DNA of 63,809 nucleotides, filler included, from Octopus bimaculoides (Eukaryota), in assembly GCF_001194135.2 (NCBI RefSeq). It is 5 parts of 5 records of this genome, joined end to end, with 100 filler letters (N's around TTAATTAATTAA, not from the genome) between each part and the next. Parts side by side here need not be neighbours in the genome. Positions count along the whole stretch, not along the records: positions 35,565 to 61,534 come from NC_069001.1; positions 61,635 to 62,699 come from NW_026331701.1; positions 62,800 to 63,809 come from NW_026432006.1; 2 more parts are not named here. The stretch is one strand, 5' to 3'. The notes beneath the pieces are model-generated. The model saw only the letters and a list, made by a program, of their open reading frames with translations. It did not search any database and was not told the DNA's origin. The first letter of the stretch is position 1. Each line of letters starts with the position of its first letter. The position numbers were made by a program, and so were the translations under genes. Of the stretch, positions 53,251 through 63,809 are shown piece after piece.

Positions 53251-54864
53251 CGTGCGTTTGGGTTTGTCTGTTTATGTGTGAGTATGTGTGTGAGACCTCA
53301 TAGGTTTAGACTTGGTAGATCAGACTAGTTTTCGAAGAAAAACAAATGTAAAAACATACCTAAAATTACCTAAATAAATCTAATCAAATATTTTTTTTTA
53401 ATATAAAATTCAATAATTCTGTGGCAAGTTATAAATACAAAAACTAGGGTCATAATCCTCACTTAGATCAAGGGTGGGAGGGTGGCACAATATGAATGGA
53501 GGAAAGGGAGAGACTTGTAAGATAAAAATGATACGGGTGGAATTCTGAAAGCGTTTCTACATTGCTTACGCTAATCGTCATAGTATCATTTGTCGTCGCT
53601 AGACGACGGAGATTCACTTGGCCCAGACATACTTCACACAATGTCATACCCCAGATGAAGAAAGGGTCATGAGCTGCACTTCTGTGTGTAGTAACGCTGG
53701 TGCAGCTACCTCCCATTGAAACTTCTTGTAGAAATCTTAAATTCATGCTTGGGCAACAGTTCTTGTCTTTATGGAATCTTTCGCCCCAAAACTAGTTACT
53801 AAAGCTAGTTTGGGGTCTTTACGGATATATCTAATTATTTTACTTGCATTCAGGCCTGGTGTATAACCTGTGCATCTACAAACACTAGGTCGAGTGACGT
53901 GTTGCGTAACACCGTGCACGGCACTTCATTTCAAATTGTTGCTGTATACTTGATACTCGTTTACAGCTGAGTAAACTGGAGCAACATAAAATGAAATTTC
54001 TTGTACAAAGATACATAACACGCCACCTGGTGATGGAATTGAAGCTACAAACCCACGATCACTAGAGTCGATAACTGTAAGCATTTTGCTTACATCGAAA
54101 TTGTTTTAGGGTGATTATTTAAATCAATACACTGCACAATATGAGTAATTTACCGAGAAGGAAGTTGCTAAACCATCGACTCATGTGACACAACGTTAAA
54201 TGAAGTGCTTTGCACAGGCACACACACTACGACAGCCGCTGCCGGAATTGAACTCCACGACCTTACGATGATAAATTGCTAACCTTAGGTATTACGCTTA
54301 CATGTAAAGAGATCTAAGGTGATCATTCTATTCAACACACTGCACAATATGAATAATGTGCAACGATGCAGGTTGCAAAAGCATCGATTATTACATCACT
54401 AATCCATTTTACGAGAAACAAATCTATATTCTTTGCAATGTAGCAAACCAACTGAAGAAGCATGTCGCTATTGGAATCAATTTAGTCATTAAATACAGAA
54501 ATAATGTATATCTGCAAGAATGCGGATGAAAATCGACTGCTAAAGCTTCATGTATATGCAGACAAATTTAGCATAATAGATAACAATAGCTTGTATTAGC
54601 ATCTACGTACTTGCATTGGAAGATATCTGCAATGCACTGATGCATAGCTGTTTTAGATTTGATAAGTAAATCTCGTCGTGACAGCCGTACCGCTGAGATT
54701 TTGTTATCTCACAAGTATAGACTCTGTTTCATAAACACAGACGTACAGACATGCAAATATACTGGCACTCAGACATATGTCATTGCACTGAAGTAAACAT
54801 ACTCCAAAATTTATATAAAATATTTAATATCTATTTTTTAACATGTCTATGTAAGTACACCGTG

Positions 54865-55773
54865 TCGAGTATATATTATTAAAAAGTTCCCAGAATCATT
54901 ATGATTAATAAAAAAAAAAAATTATTTGCCGAAGTTTTGGCATCATCTCCTTCGAAATAGTCACCTTGCGAAGAAATACGCCGGTCCCGTCGTTCATACC
55001 ACTTTAGTAATTCGGCCTCGAAGTTGTTTTCAATAAACGAGTCGAGGATTTGATGCGATTCGATCTGGATCTTGACACCGGTGTTAAAACAGCGACATTT
55101 GAGCTGCATTTTCATCTTGAAGAAAATGTGCGAGTCTCCGGGTGCTAAATCTGGCAAACAGAGCAGTTGTGGAAGCGGTACCATTTAGATTTTGACGGGA
55201 AACTTACCAGTGAAGACAGCTCGCTGAAGAATCCAATTTTTTGTGCCCCGCAGAACAGTTCGCTGTCACCGAACGCCCTAATTGAAACGTTTCAAAACGT
55301 CGCAATAAAATGCTCAATTGACAGTCTGGCCCCGCGGGGTAGGATTCTCGATGCACAATACCACACTACCAGGGGTGACGCTTACGGCAGGTTTTTCCAG
55401 TTCAATCATCAATTTCCAGGGATGTTCTTCCGCTTTTGAAGCGCCTGTGCCACTCGGAACATTGAATACGACCCATTGCCCTGTCGCTGTGAGCTTTCCG
55501 AAGCACGTTCAATGTCTTTGTAGCAGACTTTCAATGTTCAACGCAAGATTTCATGTTGACGGCTTGTACCTGTCCATCACAACATTGCAGATTACACTAT
55601 ACACGTGATCCCAATGGCACAAATTCTACACATTGCGAAGTGAGCACTGCGATTCCACTCGTCATAATGCCGCATGAAGGTCACTGGCAGCCCTCACTGT
55701 GCACGCAACCGTGTGCTGGCATCTGCTAGTGTGCTACAGATCTAATCCGGGTGGGTTTTTATTCCACATCGTA
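54865..55773 (-). mobile_element. Internally deleted mariner element with both ends
   Basis: N-terminal AMGRIQCSEWHRRFKSGRTSLE joined to GIVHRES...FYCDVLKR...PDLAPGDSHIF...SQGDYFEGD; degenerate TIRs at both ends. Confidence 0.9.
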
Positions 55774-55880
55774 CATATATATGTGTGTGTGCGTGTGTGT
55801 GTATATATATCTATCTATCTATCTATCTATGGCTCTGTCTGTCTGTCTGTGTCTATCTCTCTCTCTCTCTCTCTCTCTCT

Positions 55881-55919
<39 letters not shown>

Positions 55920-56034
55920 NNNNNNNNNNNNNNNNNNNNNNNNNNNNNNNNNNNNNNNNNNNNNNNNNNNNNNNNNNNNNNNNNNNNNNNNNNNNNNNNN
56001 NNNNNNNNNNNNNNNNNNNNNNNNNNNNNNNNNN

Positions 56035-56086
<52 letters not shown>

Positions 56087-57399
56087 ATGTAATTATCAAA
56101 CTATGTATATTTGTATCTATACCTGTGTGTTTGTATGTATATTTGTGTGATTTTGTGTCAATGAGTCTGCGTATCAAGCAATGAAATATATGTTACATAA
56201 CGGAAATACACGTATATATGTATTACGTATACCATATAGTCATCTGTGCGCACACTTGGGTGTGTCTGTCAGTGAATGTGTGTACGTGTGTGTGTTTGTG
56301 TATGAGTTCGTGTGGGTTCGTGCATGTGTGTGTGTTTGTCTTTGTGTGTGTATATTTAACAACTCAAAATTGGAAATTGTTCTCACTATATTTTATAGCA
56401 TACAAGAAATTGCCAAACAATTGTTTTTTTTGCCTGATTTTCAGTTTTCCGTTAACACGTAACTATGTTAGTTTCTTATTCTTTTCGTTGTTGCAGATTT
56501 GACAAGAATCATCACCACCACCGTTGTCGTCGTCGTCGTCATCATCATCATCATCATAATCTTCATCATCATCATCACTATCATCATCACCATATTCATC
56601 ATCAACATCTTCACCATTATTATTAGTATTATTGATTGCCATATGATGTATTATTTAACAGTAACTAAAATACTGTATCCAATAAATTTATATATAAATT
56701 TATAAATACATAAATAAGTAAATGAATAAATACATCGACAAATCACAGTAAAGTCATTACTCTCTAGCTGCATTAATAATTGCAAACGGGATGCTTGGAG
56801 ATTTCATGTTTCCTAAACTCTTTTATATCTATTCTTACGCAAAAATCTATAAATTTTCATAACATCTTTTTCTGTTTAAAACAGTTACGATAATAATCTA
56901 AACAAGACATTGATTTAATTGTAAAATTATAGACTTAGCTAATATGGAGTCTTAACACGAATGTAACAAATAATTTAACGTAATGCATATAATAATAATA
57001 CAATCTATCTTAAGTATAACTCGGTAGGTGTGAAGTTAACGAAATGTATATGAAGATTTCTAGTCCAGTTAATAAATTCATTTCGATGGCTAACTCCTGA
57101 CCTCACAATAGTTCATTGCTTTTCTTAACGGTCTTCCATTGTTAATTCTCTTGCTGGCTTGTCTGCATAATTGTGAATCATATATCGATGAACTTCGAAT
57201 TTTAGTGAGAGAAGAGTTGTAATTCTTCATGTCTGTACACTGCTTGCTTTAAATATTTTCCAACTTTATTCAATCACCGTTCTTGAGATTTCTTTGCTAT
57301 AATAGAATAATAGAATATAAGCGTAATGAGAACTGGATCGAATCGATTATACATATGAAATATTTATATAATATATCAAATTATGTTATTTCCTATTGA

Positions 57400-57570
57400 T
57401 CTCAAAATTTGGCACAAGCCCAGCTGCTGTTTTGATTAAATCGGCTACGGTATTTCAAGAGTATTTATTCTATTGATGAAAAGCAAACTTTACTTCGGCG
57501 GAATTAGAACTCGGAACGTAAAAACGGACGAAATGTTGCTAAGCATTTTGTGCGGCAAGCTAACGACCTC
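57400..57570 (-). mobile_element. SINE family B, degraded
   Basis: CTTCGGCGGAATTAGAACTCGGAACGTAAAAACGGACGAAAT...CTAAGCATTTTG is the reverse complement of the family B head. Confidence 0.55.
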
Positions 57571-58641
57571 AAGCTGTCACCTCATAGCCTTATCTTTTAT
57601 TTAATATTAATGGTTATAACAAGGTCGCAAACCAGGAGGATCGTTTACTGCTCAGGCATTCAGGTAGAATCAGCTTGTTATAAGAGAGTGTCACAAAGCT
57701 TTACTTTGGAATTTCAGATCAAATCCATCCGATAGGCTTCTCTACAGTTTTCCTTCGTCAAGTTTCTTTCACAAGGTATGGGTTGATAAGACGCTCTACA
57801 AACTACATTCTGCATTACTTACATTGTGCGATCGATCCCCAACACTCGTCCTTAAGAAACAAACTGCGTTTACAACAAGAAGTGATATAAGCATACTTAA
57901 ATATATTTTACTACGTCCTGACGGTGCGCCGAATTCGAGCTACATCTGTTTGCTAGAATTATTCAGTCAGAAATGTTCACAAAGTTAATAACTACCTCCA
58001 TTCCTAACCTTTGTTGAACAATGAAAAGAGATTCATGATTGATATGAAGAATTTCTTATTCATTCATTCTAAATTAACAAGTGTTTTAGTTTCCAGTAAC
58101 CGATTTTTTTTTTTTCAATACGTTAATTTAGAGTTCTATTGTATATATTGTCATATTCTTCAGTCTTCTGTTACATGATTCAATTTAACATTACGTCTTC
58201 TCACCTCGCAACTCTTCTCTATCTACATATTATATTTATAGGAAAGCAATGTCATTGTACAGAGAGGCCGCAAGCCTTATTTTGAGCTGAGCCGGAATGT
58301 AGAAGCCAGACGTTTCATCAATTCTATTTTTTCACCCGTTCATCATTGTCTTTCTACTTTTCTTTTTCATAACAGTTCCATAATTAAGTTTGTGTATTAG
58401 AAAATAGGCACAGCTTACTTCACAATAGATTTCGTATTATCATGATTTTCTGCAGAACGAACAAAAAGTAACGGCTTGAAAAGGGCTTTTATAATCATTA
58501 TTATTATGATGTACTTGCATAGCAAGCGACCTGATCTGAGATCGTGTGCTGGAAAGAAAACAATAGCAGCGTGGAAGGTGTTTATAAGCCATTTAACAAA
58601 CACACAAAAACCGTTAGATTCACTTCAACATTTAAATTTAA

Positions 58642-58692
58642 TTTGCCAAAATATTTTCGTCGCTTTCAGAACGCGACCTGTTCACTGACAAA
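58642..58692 (-). ncRNA. Type I hammerhead fold with G3:C8 variant core
   Basis: TTTGTCA-GTGAACA-G-GTCGC(GTTCTGAAA)GCGAC-GAAA-ATAT-TT|TGGCAAA. Confidence 0.6.
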
Positions 58693-58715
58693 ACTCCGTG
58701 CTGCACCTCGGAGTT

Positions 58716-58764
58716 TTGTCAGTGAACAGGTCGCGATCTCAAAGCGACGAAAATATTTTGGCAG
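58716..58764 (+). ncRNA. Type I hammerhead fold with G3:C8 variant core
   Basis: TTGTCA-GTGAACA-G-GTCGC(GATCTCAAA)GCGAC-GAAA-ATAT-TT|TGGCAG; predicted cut after 58758. Confidence 0.6.
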
Positions 58765-59021
58765 CTTAAATTTAAATGTTGAATTGAATCTAACGGGGTT
58801 TTTTTTAATGTTTTATAAATGGCTTATAAACACCTTCCACGCTGCAATTATTATTATTGTTATTATATTATACTGTGATAAATTTCACAAGGTTTCCGGA
58901 AGTCAGCCATAACTCTACTACAATACTAAGGAGACAGAAAAAACTATCGATCAGTCATGGCTTAAGTGGTGATTACACTATTTGTCAGCAGTTTTGATTT
59001 TATAACGCCCGCATATTAACC

Positions 59022-59212
59022 AGGGCAGATATTGCCGGGCAGAATGCTTAGCGGCATTTCGTCTATCGTTAAGTTCTGTGTTCAAATTCCGCCGAGGTCG
59101 ACTTTTCCTTTCATCATTTCAGGGTCCATAAAATATGTACCAGTTGGACACTTGGGTTAATGTAATCGGCTTCACCCTTCCCCGAATGTACAGGCCTTAT
59201 GCCCAAAATTGG
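59022..59212 (+). mobile_element. SINE family B, near-full copy
   Basis: B-box-like GTTCAAATTCC then GCCGAGGTCGACTTTTCCTTTCATC. Confidence 0.8.
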
Positions 59213-59619
59213 ACGGCATGTCAGCCATAACTCTATTACAATACTAAGGAGGGAGAAATGAATCTAAGTCGCTTCACGAAAGATTTACAGATTCATCTCT
59301 CCCTCGAAGTTATCATTAGCAGAGTGTAGAATGGTAGGAATTTTATTGACAACATTGCTTATTATTTAGAGAAGAGAGGCATAACCTGAAAGCAAACTAT
59401 GAATTTATCTCTTTGCACTAGGCATACAGATTTCTTTCTCTCTGGAGATAAAATGACTGCAAGGGTTCATGTAATATTGCTTCTAGAAATAAATTAAATG
59501 TTTACACTGGGCATAAAGGTTAATTTCTTTCCTGACGTTGTTATGGCCAAGAGTTAAAACGTTAGCAGCGTTTTTTTTTTATAACTTACATTATTATTTC
59601 AACAGCAACACGTCAGTGT

Positions 59620-60150
59620 TGTTTGCAAACATATTTAAAGATATGTTCAATATTTCTTTTCCTTTCACGAACGCCAAACATTAACAGGTGTGCAATAGTT
59701 TTTCAGCATAAATGTTTTATATGGCAGCATCACACAGCGATTATCAGTGACAATGCTTCCGACTTCTCCTGTTCTGCTATCGCAGCGGATGTATTCAAGA
59801 TGTCTGTATAAACTGAAAGACATTTCTTCTGGAAAGCTTTTAAGGAATTTCTGTTGATATGATCCATTTTACTAGACAAGGAGATAAGGGATTATCATCG
59901 CCACAGGTTTCTAACACCATAAATTTCTTAACAAGTGAATGCAGTTTCCTATATTTGTTTTGAACCGGAATTCCTGCCGAACCTCAACTGTCAAAACATC
60001 TTAGTTTCTCATTTTATCCTCAAAGTATAGAATAATTAACTGACGTCAATGAATAAGCCCACGTTTCTGAAATTCCATTATGGGGATGTGCACGATTAGG
60101 ACTTCGAACACATGGAGTTCCTTTCAACCATTCAATAGCTCCGTAAGATC
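59620..60150 (-). mobile_element. Helitron Rep (HUH endonuclease) relic
   Basis: MEFQKRGLIH*...CGDDNPLSPC (frameshift)...DNRCVMLPYKTFMLKNYCTPVNV matches Helitron EFQKRGLPH, CG..NP.SPC and DNRWVVPYNP.L..Y..HINV. Confidence 0.75.
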
Positions 60151-61495
60151 TATGCCTTAATTCTGGCCGATTTTCATTTTTTTTTTTTTTCATTTTTCTT
60201 TTTGCCATTTTTTACTGTTTTCAATCTCTTGGCATTTTACATTACAGTTCTATGTTAGAAAAAGTTTATACTTGTTGTACTTTCCTACTACTGAAGCAGT
60301 AGTAGGAAATTAAAACTGACCCCCCCCCCAAAAAAAAAACACTGACAAGCTAGATCTCTAACAAGTCTTTCTTCCTGATACCTTAGTAGCTTCTAAGCTG
60401 AAGCAAAGACAGCATGTTCTTTGTCTATCTCCTTACCTTCTTGGAAGTATGAGGTAAAATTATAATAATATGTCCATGTGTTTTAATCTAATTTAATTTT
60501 ATGTATTTATGGAGCTGAAGATTGTTCTGCATTTAAATTGATGTATTGATTGCATTGTTCAATTAAATGGAGTCGCTTGAAACGATCGTACTGCATCGCC
60601 TCTGGATATTCTGTTGCTTATTTGGATTATATATATGTAATTATAAATAGATATCTATATATACACACACACTCACACGCATACACGCATTCACTCACAT
60701 ACACACATACAAATATACACTCACCACTCACCTATGATTCCTCTATGGCTTGAAATCATGCCGATCGAAACACAAAACAGTGCATTTCACGAAATCCCAT
60801 CACACACACACAGACGATTGGACAGATTCTCGGAGATATAATAGGCATGATAACTGCGCTGCAGAGGGAAAATATATTCAACGGATACTTTGCCATCTAG
60901 ATGTAGCACAAATCGTCTCTAATCCGAATATTGGCAGCGTTAAAGTGATTACCGGATTAACTTGAAGAATGAATTGTGTCTTCTGTTATGTTATGGAGAA
61001 TCTACGAAGAATAAAACCTATGTTTAGCTTATAATGACAGCTCAACAGTCTTTGTGAGTGGTATTTTTGCTTGGTTTGGCTTAGAATTTTTCCGCAACTG
61101 CTTGTTGTTGAACATCTCTATAATTTGGCAGATGACCAAATATAGAAGAGATTTCTGAAAATATTCCTGTTCGTCATATTAATCTTCTTCTTCTTCTTTT
61201 TCTACTACTACTACTACTACAACTACTACTACTACCGTTGTTATTTTTATTATCGTTATTCTTGCATGCATCACAAACGTCACGACAGAGTAAGATTGAC
61301 ACGGCAGACGAAATTTCGAGTTACAACAGCAATGAGAATGACAAGCAAAATTTTATATGACAACGTTAAATCTTACCATAAATAGATAATCTCTTTTTAA
61401 CTTCATTCTTAAATTGGACAGGAGACATGATGGGACACCGCCTCGAATAATTTAGTCTTACAAAAGCATGCCATCATGTATGTAGCTATGTATAT

Positions 61496-61534
<39 letters not shown>

Positions 61535-61578
61535 NNNNNNNNNNNNNNNNNNNNNNNNNNNNNNNNNNNNNNNNNNNN

Positions 61579-61590
61579 TTAATTAATTAA
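61579..61590. other. Assembly linker TTAATTAATTAA
   Basis: 44N-12-44N join. Confidence 0.9.
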
Positions 61591-62202
61591 NNNNNNNNNN
61601 NNNNNNNNNNNNNNNNNNNNNNNNNNNNNNNNNNCATGTGTACATACATATATGTACATACCTACATCTACATGTATATATAGACGCATACCCAGGTACA
61701 GGACGTCAGAAAAAGGAACAGGAACATAAAGCACAAAAACGGACTTTTTTTTACAGACAACAGAACGAACACATAGGAAAACAGACGAGCCACTTGAACT
61801 TTTTCTTCATCAGCTGCCTCTATTCTAAACTAGGCGTTTCAAAAGCAAATGAAAGACAGAAGATGGATTATACGAGAATTTATTATTAATCATGACAATT
61901 GTTTTGACACATCTAGCATTGTTTCCTCTTGGGTGGGACACTCATCAACTGGTTCAGAAGCATCCAGTGATGCAGATGTATCTCATCAGGTGATAAATAA
62001 GTGCGACTTGTTAAAATGACTGTTCCGTAATGTAACTTTTCATTTTGTAGAGAGAAAAGCAGCCAGACGGAGAAAATATCTTCATTTATATAGAGAATAA
62101 AAATAAAATTACAGATAGTAAAAAAAGAAATGAATACGCAATCCAGCAATAAAAGTTTATATATATATATATATCTGTAAATAATATGTGACAATAATTT
62201 GG

Positions 62203-62276
62203 TAGCCATGATAAAACTCCGAGTTTTGGATGTCGGGGCGGAAAGCCACGCCGCCATCTCTTCAGTTACCTGGCCA
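62203..62276 (-). ncRNA. Type I hammerhead copy with G12A core mutation, predicted inactive
   Basis: Same fold as 62547-62620 but AAAA replaces GAAA (plus-strand T62227). Confidence 0.65.
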
Positions 62277-62546
62277 TTGAAAAAATGCTATAAAAATGAC
62301 CGTTAAACAAAGGGAAATTACTGTATGGTTGACCGTTATTAAGACAAAAGAGCTATTAGAATGACCGCTAAGTGAGGGGAGGGAGTAAAGGTAATGGAGT
62401 AAAAATGTCCATAGTATTTGCGTAAGTGCACAAGTCCATACAAACACATGCGTGTCCGCACACCCACATACATGCGCCTATATGGATATACTCATCACCC
62501 ACATATTCTCCAAGAAATATATACTCGCACACATACACACACACGA

Positions 62547-62620
62547 TGGCCAGATAACTGAAGAGATGGCGGTGTGGGTTTCCGCCCCGACATCCGAAAC
62601 TTGGAGTTTTATCATGGCTA
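62547..62620 (+). ncRNA. Type I hammerhead ribozyme fold with intact core
   Basis: TGGCCA-GATAA-CTGAAGA-GATG..CATC-C-GAAA-CT(TGG)AG-TT|TTATC-A-TGGCTA: 11-bp bulged helix I, 3-bp helix III, GUU triplet, predicted cut after 62608. Confidence 0.75.
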
Positions 62621-62743
62621 CCGAATAATTGTCACATATTATTTATAGTTAAATTCCTCTATTTGCATAATATCGAGGTCTCTTTCTTTCTTTTGTTGTN
62701 NNNNNNNNNNNNNNNNNNNNNNNNNNNNNNNNNNNNNNNNNNN

Positions 62744-62755
62744 TTAATTAATTAA
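62744..62755. other. Assembly linker TTAATTAATTAA
   Basis: 44N-12-44N join. Confidence 0.9.
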
Positions 62756-62914
62756 NNNNNNNNNNNNNNNNNNNNNNNNNNNNNNNNNNNNNNNNNNNNT
62801 AAACACAAATACAATTTTATTATTAGTGGTAAATTATACATTAATATACGCTGTCTTTAAACCTAATATAATACTATAATACCCGATCATACTGAAATTT
62901 ATAATTTATTTAAA

Positions 62915-63338
62915 CCAGAAAAATGTATGTCTAAGATAATGGCTACATCTGAAAGCATTGTATGTGAGTTTATTTATTAACNNNNNNNNNNCTAAGATAA
63001 TGGCTACATCTGAAAGCATTGTATGTGAGTTTATTTATTAACTTACTCTCAGAGAATAATATAAAAAATAATTCTAGATTACACAGCGAGCAATATCTCT
63101 TATGTTTGTCATAAGGGAAAGATTTCCCAATAATTGACCATTCTAACGAATATTGCTTATTTTGTTCCTTCAGTTCCCAAATGAATTTACTAAGACTAGT
63201 ACTCGCTATTTTACTTCTATCTCTAAAGGTACTATAATGGTTAGATAATCTTTTACAGATTTGTCCCAAAGAACAACCCGTGTATAGGCTAACATCTGTC
63301 TGAGTCTTTACCTTACATTGATAAACTACACTCTTCAC
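62915..63338 (-). mobile_element. Penelope-like element, GIY-YIG endonuclease C-terminal fragment
   Basis: VVYQCKV...LYTG...RLSNHYSTF...TSLSKFIWELK...YSLEWSII...YCSLCNLE...LINK. Confidence 0.9.
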
Positions 63339-63404
63339 TCACACATTTGGGCCTTCAAACTTCAATCTTCTGGTGTTAACCTCTGTTACTGTAATCATAG
63401 TACG

Positions 63405-63437
<33 letters not shown>

Positions 63438-63515
63438 TATATCGGGGTTCTCATCACTATCTTCCCCAATTCCCTTTGATTTAAGTATTTTAAAATTATG
63501 AGCTGCATGTCCTCA

Positions 63516-63809
63516 GCAGATAAGAAAAAGTTTGCCAATGTTCTGTGCCCTGAGGACCAAAGTATTTCGTGTTGCAAGACAGTGTGTGAGAGAGAATCGT
63601 GATGTCGTGGGAGACAAAGGTTTTCGCATGGATGATGGTACACTTGCACTGAATGAGGCTGCAAAGAAAGAGGTTTGGAGACACCACTACAAAAGATTGC
63701 TCAATAAAGAAAATGAATGGGAGAAAGAGAGTCTGCCAAATGTCGACCCAACAGAGAGGCCAGCTATCCGAGTCGACAGTACCATGGTAGATAAAGCAAT
63801 TAAGAGTAT
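63516..63809 (+). mobile_element. RTE-clade LINE fragment (region between APE and RT), runs off the window
   Basis: VFRVARQCVRENRDVVG...KKEVWRHHYKRLLNKENEW...VDKAIKS, with a frameshift near 63561. Confidence 0.9.

Larger units (their letters stand above)
58566..58845. repeat. 280-bp near-perfect palindrome carrying two outward-facing hammerhead folds
   Basis: GCAGCGTGGAAGG...CCTTCCACGCTGC, about 133-bp arms, 10-nt loop 58699-58708. Confidence 0.95.
62175..62648. repeat. Inverted repeat, about 103-bp arms and 270-bp spacer; probable Penelope-like terminal repeats
   Basis: 62175-62277 is the reverse complement of 62546-62648 with few mismatches. Confidence 0.95.

Noticed and set aside
61800-61990. 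Two minus-strand CTGATGA motifs (near 61807-13 and 61983-89)
   Set aside because: No correctly placed GAAA with helices I-III
62931-63042. 51-bp direct repeat around a 10-N gap
   Set aside because: Identical copies abutting a minimal gap indicate an unmerged contig overlap

Overview
Repeat-dense, gap-rich animal genomic DNA, most likely an octopus. This is an inference from the recurring tRNA-derived SINE families and the extreme microsatellite load. I could not identify an intact host gene. Almost every ORF in the supplied track is a microsatellite or N-gap artefact, and the real coding signal is decayed transposons: three mariner relics, one DD37D (maT) relic, Helitron Rep and helicase relics, Tx1/L1-type and RTE LINE fragments, and a Penelope-like GIY-YIG fragment. 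The main unexplained signal is a set of type I hammerhead ribozyme (HHR) folds that I derived by hand, at five loci with unrelated sequences. Two loci are outward-facing inverted pairs. The pair inside the 280-bp palindrome at 58.6-58.8 kb has the core GUGAACA instead of CUGANGA, which is a compensatory C3:G8 to G3:C8 swap. The pair at 62.2-62.6 kb has one intact copy and one G12A copy. A third well-formed HHR at 2137-2179 lies in non-repeat sequence inside open reading frames and upstream of a hairpin-dense tract. No folding, alignment or database search was run. TE boundaries are approximate; ribozyme and hairpin coordinates were counted by hand.
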